From an uncultured Candidatus Saccharibacteria bacterium (GTDB lineage Bacteria > Patescibacteriota > Minisyncoccia > Minisyncoccales > CAYTKG01): a stretch of 40,744 nt of DNA. The notes under the pieces were generated by a model. The model did not search any database, had not been told where the DNA came from, and saw only the letters and a program-made list of their open reading frames with translations. The DNA is taken from positions 1 through 40,744 of the forward strand of contig CAYLVJ010000003.1 of NCBI GenBank assembly GCA_964387175.1, written 5' to 3'. The translations under genes were made by a program, and so were the position numbers. Below, piece by piece: positions 17,094 through 25,516 of this stretch. Each line of letters begins with the position of its first letter. The stretch's first letter is position 1.

Positions 17094-20018
17094 ATGAAAA
17101 AAGAAATAAGAATAAGAGGAGCCAAAGAGCACAATTTAAAAAATATCAGCTTGTCGATACCAAAGGAAAAACTGGTAGTTTTTACCGGTGTTTCTGGTTC
17201 GGGAAAGTCAAGTCTTGCGCTTGACACTATTTATGCGGAGGGGCAAAGAAGATACGTGGAGTCCCTTTCTTCTTACGCCCGTCAATTTCTCGGAGTCCAA
17301 TCCAAACCGGATGTAGAAGAAATACATGGGCTGTCTCCGTCTATTGCCATCAACCAAAAAAAGCCCTTTCACAACCCCCGTTCAACCGTAGGGACGATTA
17401 CCGAAATATATGATTATCTCCGCCTTTTGTTTGCCCGTATCGGGACTCCTCACTGCCCTCAGTGCGGAAGGGAAGTTAAAAAAGAAAGCTTGGACGGCAT
17501 TGTAAGTCAAACGGAAAGAATAATTAAAAAATCAAAAAGAAAAAAAGCCAGTATTTTGATTCTTTCTCCCTTACGCAGGGGAAAAAAAGGAACCCACAAA
17601 GAACTTTTAAAAAACCTCCGAGGGCAAGGGTTTTCTTTTGCTCGGATTGATGAAAAAATTTTCGACTTGACAGAAGTTGACGAACTTGAAAAGAATAAAG
17701 TCCATGACATTGAAGCAGTAGTTGATCGGTTGGAGGTTGAAAAATTTTCTTCAAAAACGAGATCCCGACTTTCAGACAGCATCAGTCAAGCGCTGGAGCT
17801 TTCGGATGGAGAAGTGATAGTAGCTGAAAAAAGAGCAAAAAAAAGAACAGGGAAGGTGAAAACCAACGACCATCTTTTTTCAAAAAACTTCGCTTGTCCT
17901 TACTGCGGTATTGGTTTAGCTGAACTGGAGCCCCGTGATTTTTCCTTCAACTCTCCTTATGGAGCTTGCCCGGAATGTGAGGGACTGGGAACAAAGTTAA
18001 CGGTTAAAGAGAAAAAGATATATAATCCCCGTTTGAGCATAAAAGAAGGTGGTATTTTGCCCTTAAGCTGGCTCACGACAAAAGACAACTGGTTTACCCG
18101 TCTTTTGGAGGCGGTTGGAAAGAAAAAAGGCTTTGATCTTTACACGCCTTTAGGAGAATTTTCTTCCGAAAAATTAGAGATTTTGACACGAGGAACAGGA
18201 AAAGAAGAGTTTTTAGTAAAGGGGAGAAACAGGCGGGGAGAAAAGACCTCTTTTTGGGAAACCTTTCCGGGTATAGCTCACGAAATAGAAAAAAGGCATG
18301 AAGAGACAAGCTCACGGAGAACAAGAAAAAGGTTGGAAAAATACATGCACAAAGGAGAGTGTCCTTCGTGCAGCGGATCACGCCTTAAAGAAGAAGCTCT
18401 TAGTGTAACAATCAAGGAAAAAAACATATCGGATATTACGGGAATGAACATTAAAACTTCACTAGACTGGTCGGAGAAAACCTTTAAATCACTGGATAGA
18501 AAAAGGGGAGAAATAGCAAAGCCTGTTATAAGAGAAGTCAAAAACAGACTTTCCTTTTTGGACAAGGTTGGACTTTCTTATCTTACTTTAAATAGAAAGG
18601 CGTCCACGCTTTCGGGGGGAGAGGCGCAAAGAATACGACTTGCTTCCCAAATCGGATCAGGTCTTTCCGGGGTTCTTTACGTTTTGGATGAGCCTTCGGT
18701 TGGGCTTCACTCAAGAGATATTAAAAAACTCACTCATACCTTAAAAGAGTTGAGAGATTTGGGCAACACCGTTGTCGTGGTAGAGCATGATCGAGAAATG
18801 ATCGAAGAAGGGGACTGGTTGGTAGATTTTGGACCAAAAGGAGGTAAAAAGGGTGGAAAAATAGTAGTTGAAGGATCGCCTGAAAAGATTAAAAAAAGTA
18901 AAAAATCATTAACCGGGGATTATCTATCCGGCAGAAAAGAGGTGGCGGTGAATAAAACAAAGTTAAGAAAAAAAGAGGCCGAAAAAGAAAAAGACGACAA
19001 CCCGGGAAAACTCAGGCTGAAAGAAGCTTCTCAATTTAACCTTAAAAAAATTAACGTTGAGTTCCCTCTAGGCAAATTCATCACCGTCACCGGAGTTTCC
19101 GGCTCGGGAAAATCGACACTTGTTTTTGAAACCCTCTTGCCGGGTCTTAAAGAAGAATTGGGCATGAAAGTGGAAAAGCCGACAGACAACTACAAAAGCC
19201 TAAAAGGAGCGGTCAAAGTTGACCGGGTTTACGAAGTGGATCAAAGTCCAATAGGAAGAACACCCCGTTCCAATCCTGCAACTTACATCAAAGCTTTTTC
19301 TTACATTAGAAAAGCTTTTGCCCAAACAAAAGAATCACGCCTTAAAGGATTCAATAAAACTCACTTTTCCTTCAACACCGAGCCCGGAAGGTGTTCTGCT
19401 TGCAGGGGCCAAGGCCAAGAAAAAATTGAAATGCAGTTTCTTTCCGATATTTACGTAACTTGTGACGTATGTGGAGGAGCCCGGTTCAGTAAAGAAGTTT
19501 TAGGTGTAAAATACAAGGGAAAAACAATCAAAGAAGTTTTGGAAATGAACGCTGAAGAGGCGCTTCCCTTCTTTTCCAATATTTCACCCCTAAGAAGAAG
19601 GTTAAAAACATTGAATGAAACAGGGTTGGGTTATCTACAGCTGGGTCAACCGGCCCCGACCCTTTCAGGAGGAGAAGCTCAAAGAGTTAGATTGGCCAAA
19701 GAACTTTCTAAAATGAGTCGTGGGCATACCTTTTACGTCCTCGATGAACCAACCATAGGGCTGCATCCACATGATTTGAAAAAACTTTTAAACATTCTTC
19801 GTCGTTTGGTGGCCCGCGGGAACACGGTTCTTCTTATTGAACATAACTTGGACGTTGTAAGAAACTCCGACTGGTTAATAGATTTAGGGCCGGAAGGGGG
19901 TGAAAAAGGAGGAGAGGTTGTTTTCACCGGAACTCCTCAAAGTATTAAAAATTGTAAAAAGTCATATACGGGTCAAGCTCTCACGGAATATGAAAAAAAA
20001 CTTAAAAAAACAAATTAA
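17094..20018 (+). CDS. uvrA: Excinuclease ABC subunit A
   Basis: Two ABC modules ([10 protein letters not shown] and [10 protein letters not shown], each with LSGGEAQR) and zinc-finger CxxC pairs. The start is 1 nt after the uvrB stop. Confidence 0.95.
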   Translation: MKKEIRIRGAKEHNLKNISLSIPKEKLVVFTGVSGSGKSSLALDTIYAEGQRRYVESLSSYARQFLGVQSKPDVEEIHGLSPSIAINQKKPFHNPRSTVGTITEIYDYLRLLFARIGTPHCPQCGREVKKESLDGIVSQTERIIKKSKRKKASILILSPLRRGKKGTHKELLKNLRGQGFSFARIDEKIFDLTEVDELEKNKVHDIEAVVDRLEVEKFSSKTRSRLSDSISQALELSDGEVIVAEKRAKKRTGKVKTNDHLFSKNFACPYCGIGLAELEPRDFSFNSPYGACPECEGLGTKLTVKEKKIYNPRLSIKEGGILPLSWLTTKDNWFTRLLEAVGKKKGFDLYTPLGEFSSEKLEILTRGTGKEEFLVKGRNRRGEKTSFWETFPGIAHEIEKRHEETSSRRTRKRLEKYMHKGECPSCSGSRLKEEALSVTIKEKNISDITGMNIKTSLDWSEKTFKSLDRKRGEIAKPVIREVKNRLSFLDKVGLSYLTLNRKASTLSGGEAQRIRLASQIGSGLSGVLYVLDEPSVGLHSRDIKKLTHTLKELRDLGNTVVVVEHDREMIEEGDWLVDFGPKGGKKGGKIVVEGSPEKIKKSKKSLTGDYLSGRKEVAVNKTKLRKKEAEKEKDDNPGKLRLKEASQFNLKKINVEFPLGKFITVTGVSGSGKSTLVFETLLPGLKEELGMKVEKPTDNYKSLKGAVKVDRVYEVDQSPIGRTPRSNPATYIKAFSYIRKAFAQTKESRLKGFNKTHFSFNTEPGRCSACRGQGQEKIEMQFLSDIYVTCDVCGGARFSKEVLGVKYKGKTIKEVLEMNAEEALPFFSNISPLRRRLKTLNETGLGYLQLGQPAPTLSGGEAQRVRLAKELSKMSRGHTFYVLDEPTIGLHPHDLKKLLNILRRLVARGNTVLLIEHNLDVVRNSDWLIDLGPEGGEKGGEVVFTGTPQSIKNCKKSYTGQALTEYEKKLKKTN

Positions 20019-21291
20019 AGACCTGCCTAAAAAACCAGGTGTTTATCTTTTTAGATCTGAAAAAGAAAGGGTTTTATACGTGGGAAAAGCTTCCTCGCTT
20101 AAAAACAGAGTTTCTTCATATTTTCAAAAAAGCGCAGATTTGGGCCCCAAAACAACCTTGATGGTTTCCAAGATTGAAAAGATAAAAACTTTTCAAACCC
20201 CCTCGGAGATAGAAGCTCTTCTTTTGGAAGCCGATCTTATCAAAAGATTAAAGCCCAAGTACAATCAAAGAATGAAAGATGATAAAAGCTATCCTTTGAT
20301 AGAAATAACTACGGAAAAATTTCCTCGGGTAAAAATCACACGGCAAATGAAGAAAGGGGACTATTTCGGCCCCTTTCCCAAAGGAGACTTAAGAAAAATT
20401 TTAAAAACTATAAGAAAAGTTTTTCCTTTTAGAAGCTGCTCGGATGTTAAATTTAAAAAGCATGAAAAATTAAAAAGAGGATGTCTTTTTTATGATCTTG
20501 ATCTTTGCCCCGCGCCTTGTGCAAAGAAAATATCCAAAAAAGAATATCAAAAACAGATTAAGTCCTTAAAAAGATTTCTAAGTGGAAAAGGAAAGAAAGT
20601 TTTAAAAAATTTAGAGAAAAGAATGAGACAAGCTTCGAAAGAGAAAAAGTATGAATTGGCTGCTAAATTACGAGACAGGCTTGAAAGTTTGAGATACGTA
20701 AGACATCGGTTTCAAATCAAAAACACCAAGGATTTGAATCTCAATCTTCCAGAAGATCGTCGGAGAGAAAAAATGATTGAGTTAAAAAAGTGTTTGAGCT
20801 TGAAAAATCTTCCCCGCCGTATTGAAGCCTACGACGTCTCCAACATTCAAGGCAAAAAGGCAGTTGGATCCATGGTGGTTTTTATAGATGCCGAACCGAA
20901 GAAAAAACACTACCGCCGGTTTAGAATAAAAGGGGGGGGTAAGCCGAACGATACAAAAATGATAAAAGAAATACTTTCTCGACGTTTCCTTCGTTTTAAA
21001 GAAAATGGGGAAGACGAGTCTTTTAGCAGCGAACCCGACCTTGTTTTAATCGACGGAGGAAAGGGTCAGCTTTCCGCCGCCTTTGAAGTCATCCGTGACA
21101 AAAATATTGAAACGGAAGTTTTTTCCATAGCAAAAAGAAAGGAACAAATATTTTTTATCCAAAACGAAAAAGTTGAGGGTCCTTTAGATCTTAAATCCTC
21201 CTCACCAGCTTTACTTCTTTTAAGACATATAAGAGATGAGTCTCACCGGTTTGCAATTAATTACCACCGCAAACTTAGACAAAAAATTTGA
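19990..21291 (+). CDS. uvrC: Excinuclease ABC subunit C, lacking the C-terminal (HhH)2 domain
   Basis: GIY-YIG N-terminus (PGVYLF...YVGKA), Cys cluster, UVR domain (YELAAKLRDRLESL), and an endonuclease domain ending at DESHRFAINYHRKLR. The start is taken at MKKNLKKQI (19990), overlapping uvrA by 29 nt. Confidence 0.85.
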   Translation: MKKNLKKQIKDLPKKPGVYLFRSEKERVLYVGKASSLKNRVSSYFQKSADLGPKTTLMVSKIEKIKTFQTPSEIEALLLEADLIKRLKPKYNQRMKDDKSYPLIEITTEKFPRVKITRQMKKGDYFGPFPKGDLRKILKTIRKVFPFRSCSDVKFKKHEKLKRGCLFYDLDLCPAPCAKKISKKEYQKQIKSLKRFLSGKGKKVLKNLEKRMRQASKEKKYELAAKLRDRLESLRYVRHRFQIKNTKDLNLNLPEDRRREKMIELKKCLSLKNLPRRIEAYDVSNIQGKKAVGSMVVFIDAEPKKKHYRRFRIKGGGKPNDTKMIKEILSRRFLRFKENGEDESFSSEPDLVLIDGGKGQLSAAFEVIRDKNIETEVFSIAKRKEQIFFIQNEKVEGPLDLKSSSPALLLLRHIRDESHRFAINYHRKLRQKI

Positions 21292-21297
21292 TATAAT
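21289..21297 (+). promoter_or_regulatory. Extended -10 promoter (TGaTATAAT) positioned for a leaderless transcript of paralogue 2
   Basis: TGATATAAT at 21289-21297, then 7 nt, then ATG at 21305. The 20-mer matches 38492-38511 at 19/20 positions. Confidence 0.5.
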
Positions 21298-21304
21298 AAA
21301 AAAG

Positions 21305-21904
21305 ATGAACAAACTTACTCAAAAAAAAGTTCGGGAAATAATGAAAATCGAGGGAGAAGCAAGGGGAGTCACCCTTAAAAGTGATTGGTCTTATATAAAA
21401 AATAAGTTCGGAGATGAGGGTGTGGAAAAATTAGAAAAACGAATGAAGGGCTTGGGGCGTCCCTTGAAATTTGAAGAAATTAAGGACACAAAGTTTTACC
21501 CCTTAGGCCTGGATCTTATTTCTATTTTGGTAATCAAAGAAATCTTCGATTTTAACGACAAAGACTTAGAAAAAATGGGAGAAGGTGAAGTAAAGTTTTC
21601 AATCTTCGCCAAACTTTTTTTCAAACACCTTGTTTCTTTAAAAAAGATAGCGGAAGAATGTTCTAAAATGTTTTCAAAACACTACACCCGAGGTGAAATT
21701 AAAGTAAAAGAATTGAGCAAAGAAGAATGTTACGCGAAGATAAGGCTCGTTGATTTTAATGTTCATCCCGTCTATTGTTCTGCCCTCAAGGGTTATTTCA
21801 AGGGAATGCTCAATCTTGCTTTGGGCAAAGACGTCACCGTCAAAGAGACGAAATGTTCCCACAAAGGTGACCCGTTTCACGAATTTGTAATCAACTGGGA
21901 ATAA
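21305..21904 (+). CDS. V4R/DUF2378-like small Cys/His-motif protein, paralogue 2 of 4
   Basis: About half identical by eye to 7830-8423 (IMKIEGEARG, FYPLG, VHPVYC, KETKCSHKGDPFHEF). The start is taken at MNKLTQ (21305), not the track start 21236 inside uvrC. Confidence 0.6.
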   Translation: MNKLTQKKVREIMKIEGEARGVTLKSDWSYIKNKFGDEGVEKLEKRMKGLGRPLKFEEIKDTKFYPLGLDLISILVIKEIFDFNDKDLEKMGEGEVKFSIFAKLFFKHLVSLKKIAEECSKMFSKHYTRGEIKVKELSKEECYAKIRLVDFNVHPVYCSALKGYFKGMLNLALGKDVTVKETKCSHKGDPFHEFVINWE

Positions 21905-21908
21905 ACAC

Positions 21909-21936
21909 TTGACTATTCAACCAACTTCCCTATAAT
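21909..21936 (+). promoter_or_regulatory. Near-consensus sigma70 promoter (TTGACT-N16-TATAAT) driving the thrS leader
   Basis: TTGACT at 21909-21914 and TATAAT at 21931-21936. Confidence 0.55.
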
Positions 21937-21943
21937 TTAATAA

Positions 21944-22009
21944 ATGGATAAAAAGTTTCAAAAAAGTGTCGAAAGCACAACAACAACCTCTTAGAAGAGG
22001 CTCAAATTA
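21944..22009 (+). CDS. Candidate 21-codon leader ORF (MDKKFQKVSKAQQQPLRRGSN) in the thrS leader
   Basis: The ATG is 7 nt after the TATAAT, so it would be leaderless. The ORF runs through the first hairpin and stops 8 nt before the terminator stem. Too short to assess statistically. Confidence 0.3.
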
Positions 22010-22016
22010 AAAGTTT

Positions 22017-22047
22017 GAAGCCTCTTTACCGAAGAGGCTTTTTTATT
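22017..22047 (+). terminator. Intrinsic terminator 15 nt upstream of the thrS start codon (attenuator candidate)
   Basis: AAG-C-CCTCTT (22017-22026), loop TACCG, AAGAGG-CTT (22032-22040) with one bulged C, then TTTT-A-TT. There is no room for a promoter between it and the ATG at 22062. Confidence 0.6.
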
Positions 22048-22061
22048 AACACACAAAAAAT

Positions 22062-23792
22062 ATGAAAATTAAAAAGATAAGACATTCTCTCGCTCACATA
22101 TTAGCTTTGGCGGTTAAAAAACTTTATCCCGAGGTTAAGTTCGGGATGGGTCCCGATACTGAAAACGGCTTCTATTACGACTTTGAATTTAAGGAGCCCA
22201 TTTCTTCAAGCGACCTTTCAAAAATAGAGGAGAAGATGAGGGAGCTTCTTCAAAAAGAAATAAAGTTTGAGAAAAAAGTAGTTTCGAAAGAAAAAGCTGG
22301 GAAAATATTTAAAGATCAATCTTACAAGTTAGATCTCTTAAAAGACCTGGAAGAGGAGGTAAGTCTTTACTCTTCTAATGGATTCACGGATCTTTGCAGA
22401 GGTCCTCACGTAAAATCCACTTCTGACATCCCGCTTGAGGGATTCACGCTTGACAGGGTAGCCGGAGCTTATTGGAAAGGAGACGAGAAAAACTCGATGT
22501 TGACCAGGATATATGGTCTTGCCTTCGGAAAGAAAAAAGAGCTTCAAGATTTTCTTGAAAAAAGAGAGGAGGCAAAAAAGCGCGACCACCGGCACTTAGG
22601 CAAAAGACTTGATCTTTTCATTTTTGATGAAGAAGTGGGGCAAGGCCTTCCTCTTTATCTCCCCAAAGGAGCAATGGTAAGACATCTTCTTATGGATTTT
22701 GCTCTAAACACCTACTTGAAAGAAGGTTACGAACTTGTCTCTACTCCTCATATTGGCAAAGAAGATCTTTGGGAGCATTCCGGCCATCTCAAGTTCTACA
22801 AAGAAGACATGTATGGGCCTCTAACAGTCGATGAAGAAAAATACCGCCTTAAGCCTATGAACTGCCCCTTTCACGTTAAAATGTACAAGAATGAAGTGAG
22901 AAGTTACAGGGATCTGCCAATAAGGTGGTCAGAGATGGGAACGGTCTACCGTTATGAAAAGTCCGGAGAGCTTCACGGCCTTACCCGTCCCCGCGCATTT
23001 ACCCAAGACGATGCTCATATAATCTGCACTCCGGAACAACTAGAAGAAGAAGTGGTTTCCGCTTTAAAGCTCACCCGCTACATATATCAAACCTTGGGGC
23101 TTGAAGACCTAAAGTTCAAGCTTTCTATCAGGCAGCCGGGCAAGGAAGATGAATATTTCGGATCGGAGGACGAGTGGAAAAAAGGAGAAATGGCGCTTAA
23201 GAAAGCCTTAGAAAGATTCGGACAGGAAAATTATGAGCTGGATAAAGGAGGAGCTGCTTTTTACGCGCCCAAGATAGATGTTGACGCGGTGGATGCGGTA
23301 GGAAGACGTTGGCAGCTTTCAACTATTCAAATTGATTTTAATCTTCCGAAGAAGTTCGATATGAAATATGTTGATGAAAACGGCGAAGAAAAAACACCCT
23401 TCATGATCCACCGGGCTTTACTGGGATCTTTGGAAAGATTTCTCGGAGTTTATATCGAACACACCGCAGGTGAATTTCCTCTTTGGCTCGCCCCGGAACA
23501 AATATGGATCATCCCGGTAGCAGACAGAAACAAAAAATACGCCGAAAAAGTAGCTGAAGCACTTTCTGATTTACGGATTAAGATAAAAGGAAGGGGAGAA
23601 ACGGTTTCTAAGAAAATAAGGGAGGGAGAGCTCCAAAAGATACCGTATCTTCTTGTGGTGGGAGACAGAGAAGAAGAAAAACAAGAAGTCAGCGTTAGAA
23701 AAAGAAACAAGGGGGATCTCGGAGCTAAAAAGTTGAGTGATTTTGCAAGGCAAGTGAAAAAAGAGGAGAGGGAGAAAACGTTTGATTTTTAA
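22062..23792 (+). CDS. thrS: Threonine--tRNA ligase, without the N-terminal TGS domain
   Basis: Starts at the editing/SAD region (IRHSLAHILALAVKKLYPEVKFGMGPDTENGFYYDF). It has class II catalytic blocks and a C-terminal anticodon-binding domain. 576 aa. Confidence 0.9.
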   Translation: MKIKKIRHSLAHILALAVKKLYPEVKFGMGPDTENGFYYDFEFKEPISSSDLSKIEEKMRELLQKEIKFEKKVVSKEKAGKIFKDQSYKLDLLKDLEEEVSLYSSNGFTDLCRGPHVKSTSDIPLEGFTLDRVAGAYWKGDEKNSMLTRIYGLAFGKKKELQDFLEKREEAKKRDHRHLGKRLDLFIFDEEVGQGLPLYLPKGAMVRHLLMDFALNTYLKEGYELVSTPHIGKEDLWEHSGHLKFYKEDMYGPLTVDEEKYRLKPMNCPFHVKMYKNEVRSYRDLPIRWSEMGTVYRYEKSGELHGLTRPRAFTQDDAHIICTPEQLEEEVVSALKLTRYIYQTLGLEDLKFKLSIRQPGKEDEYFGSEDEWKKGEMALKKALERFGQENYELDKGGAAFYAPKIDVDAVDAVGRRWQLSTIQIDFNLPKKFDMKYVDENGEEKTPFMIHRALLGSLERFLGVYIEHTAGEFPLWLAPEQIWIIPVADRNKKYAEKVAEALSDLRIKIKGRGETVSKKIREGELQKIPYLLVVGDREEEKQEVSVRKRNKGDLGAKKLSDFARQVKKEEREKTFDF

Positions 23793-23805
23793 ACCTCTCA
23801 TCTTT

Positions 23806-23836
23806 AAAAAGCGGCCTAACGGCCGCTTTTTTTGTT
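23806..23836 (+). terminator. Rho-independent terminator after thrS
   Basis: AAAAA GCGGCC (23811-23816), TAAC loop, GGCCGC (23821-23826), then TTTTTTT. Confidence 0.8.
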
Positions 23837-23879
23837 TTTGATTTTTTGTTACAAGCCGGGAGGAGATATGATCTTTCAG

Positions 23880-23916
23880 AAGCCGGAGCAAGTTTGTTCC
23901 GGCTTTAACTTTTTTC
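23880..23916 (+). terminator. Second hairpin plus T-run downstream of thrS (tandem terminator or regulatory element)
   Basis: AAGCCGG (23880-23886) pairs with CCGGCTT (23899-23905), followed by TAACTTTTTT. A third copy of AAGCCGG lies at 23853-23859. Confidence 0.4.
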
Positions 23917-24005
23917 ACAAAAACACAACACGTTTTACTTGTCAAATAAAGCTGTAGGAAGAGAAAAAAATAGTATATAATGAAAAAAGTAAAGTATTTA
24001 AATAA

Positions 24006-24602
24006 ATGGCTTTTGTTTCTCAAAAGGAAGTGGAAAGATTAATGGGGATAGATACCGAAGTGAAGGGGATAGGTATTGCCGATGATTTTTTTTATGTAAA
24101 AAGAGTCAAGGGAAAAAAGTTCTCTCAAAAAATGGAGGGGGCGATTCAAGAATTGGGAGTTGACTTTAACCTTAAAAAGATAAAGCCGATGGAGTTTTAT
24201 CCAGTGGGGTTGGAGGGATTGGGACTTTTAGCAGCTCATAAAGTAGCAGGACTTTCTGAAGACGAAATTAGAGAAATGGGAACTCACGAGCCAAAAGAGT
24301 CTTTGATTATAAGATTGTTTTTAAAATATTTCGTTTCTTTGGATTCCTTAAGCAAAAACGGGAATAAAATGTGGAGTGGTTATTACACCAAGGGAAAATT
24401 AAGTGTTCCCGAAGCAGACGAGGCGAAAGGCAGAGCTACTATCCTGCTGGAGGACTTTAAACTTCACCCCCTTCACTGCCGCATGCTGGAAGGATATCTT
24501 GCTACCTTAGCTGGGATGGTTGTTTCTTCAAAGGTAAAATGCAGAGAAACAAAATGTCCCTTTAATGGGGATGAGTTTCATAAGTTTAAATTGGAATTTT
24601 AA
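24006..24602 (+). CDS. V4R/DUF2378-like small Cys/His-motif protein, paralogue 3 of 4
   Basis: Collinear with the other three copies (FYPVG, LFLKYFVSL, LHPLHC, EGYL, RETKCPFNGDEFHKF). Confidence 0.55.
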   Translation: MAFVSQKEVERLMGIDTEVKGIGIADDFFYVKRVKGKKFSQKMEGAIQELGVDFNLKKIKPMEFYPVGLEGLGLLAAHKVAGLSEDEIREMGTHEPKESLIIRLFLKYFVSLDSLSKNGNKMWSGYYTKGKLSVPEADEAKGRATILLEDFKLHPLHCRMLEGYLATLAGMVVSSKVKCRETKCPFNGDEFHKFKLEF

Positions 24603-24604
24603 AT

Positions 24605-25432
24605 ATGAAAACTTCTTTTAAAAAAACACTAAGGATTATTCTTTTTGTTTTAATTGCCTTGATTGTTTTTTTAGTAGGAGGAATTCTTTTAAAAGACGTC
24701 TTTTTTGAAGAAAGCTCCTCGGTTGTTTCTTCTCCAAAAGAAGAAGAGGCGGAGATGAAAAAAATTAAGGAAATAACCTCCGGTGAAAAAAGAAAAATAG
24801 CTGAAAGCGTAATTCCAGAGGGATCGATTGAAGAAGGAAACAGTCTTTTTTACGAAACATATGACTTGAAAAATGATAGTAACTTGGAGATGATAGTTTC
24901 AACCTGTTTCAAAGACTTTCCAACAGGAAAAAATTGCGTGGGATGGGTTGGTATTTTTGAACTTTTTGAAGATCAAAAAAACCAAAAAGTAGGAGAACTT
25001 TATTTCGACGAACTGGGTATTTTCTCTTCCATAGATCACGTTCCCAGCATAGAAGAAAACCAGCCTCCTTTAGATATCACGGGCGACGGAGAAAAAGAAA
25101 TTCTAATTTCTTTTTCACACGGAGCTTACACCAACCAATACTTCATCTTAGATATTAACTGGGAAAAAGGAGAACTTTCTGCTCTCGAAGGTAAAGACAA
25201 AAAGGGAGAGATTATTTCTCCTTTTGTTTTAAGCTCCGGGGCTTCAGCAATGCATGTTCAAAGTTTTGAAATTAAAAATCTTGATGAGGACAAGCCGCTG
25301 GAGATAGTTGAACACCAATGCAACTATCACTACGAAAAAGAAGAGAAAATATGCGAGAGCGAGGCATACAAGTGGAACGGTTCTTACTTTAATTACCACG
25401 AAGAACTTTCTAAAAAATTAAATCAAGACTAA
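24605..25432 (+). CDS. Membrane-anchored hypothetical protein with one FG-GAP/VCBS-like DxTGDG motif
   Basis: N-terminal TM helix (LRIILFVLIALIVFLVGGILL). DITGDGEKEILISF resembles an FG-GAP repeat. The start is 2 nt after the stop of paralogue 3. Confidence 0.55.
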   Translation: MKTSFKKTLRIILFVLIALIVFLVGGILLKDVFFEESSSVVSSPKEEEAEMKKIKEITSGEKRKIAESVIPEGSIEEGNSLFYETYDLKNDSNLEMIVSTCFKDFPTGKNCVGWVGIFELFEDQKNQKVGELYFDELGIFSSIDHVPSIEENQPPLDITGDGEKEILISFSHGAYTNQYFILDINWEKGELSALEGKDKKGEIISPFVLSSGASAMHVQSFEIKNLDEDKPLEIVEHQCNYHYEKEEKICESEAYKWNGSYFNYHEELSKKLNQD

Positions 25433-25434
25433 GT

Positions 25435-25515
25435 ATGAATTTTTTAAAAACTTCTTTTTATTCCTTGTTTGTACTCTTGGTTCTTGCTGCTAGTTTTTTA
25501 ACGAAGATGTCTTAA
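25435..25515 (+). CDS. Candidate 26-aa hydrophobic micro-protein (MNFLKTSFYSLFVLLVLAASFLTKMS)
   Basis: The ATG is 2 nt after the upstream stop and the TAA is 1 nt before the next ATG. The ORF fills the whole gap and has one TM-length hydrophobic core. It is below the ORF-track cutoff. Confidence 0.3.
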   Translation: MNFLKTSFYSLFVLLVLAASFLTKMS

Positions 25516-25516
25516 G

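Noticed and set aside
21944-21993. A clean Thr-rich leader peptide (MDKKFQKSVESTTTTS) upstream of thrS.
   Set aside because: Base-by-base counting shows five, not six, A residues at 21960-21964. The only ATG (21944) is therefore in the frame that reads CAA CAA CAA (Gln). The ACA ACA ACA ACC frame has an in-frame TAA at 21949-21951 and no start codon. I kept it only as a frameshift or assembly-error hypothesis in the findings.
21937-22061. A T-box riboswitch upstream of thrS.
   Set aside because: The leader is only about 100 nt. I could not find the conserved T-box sequence or a Stem I specifier-loop architecture. The ACC in the terminator loop is probably coincidental.
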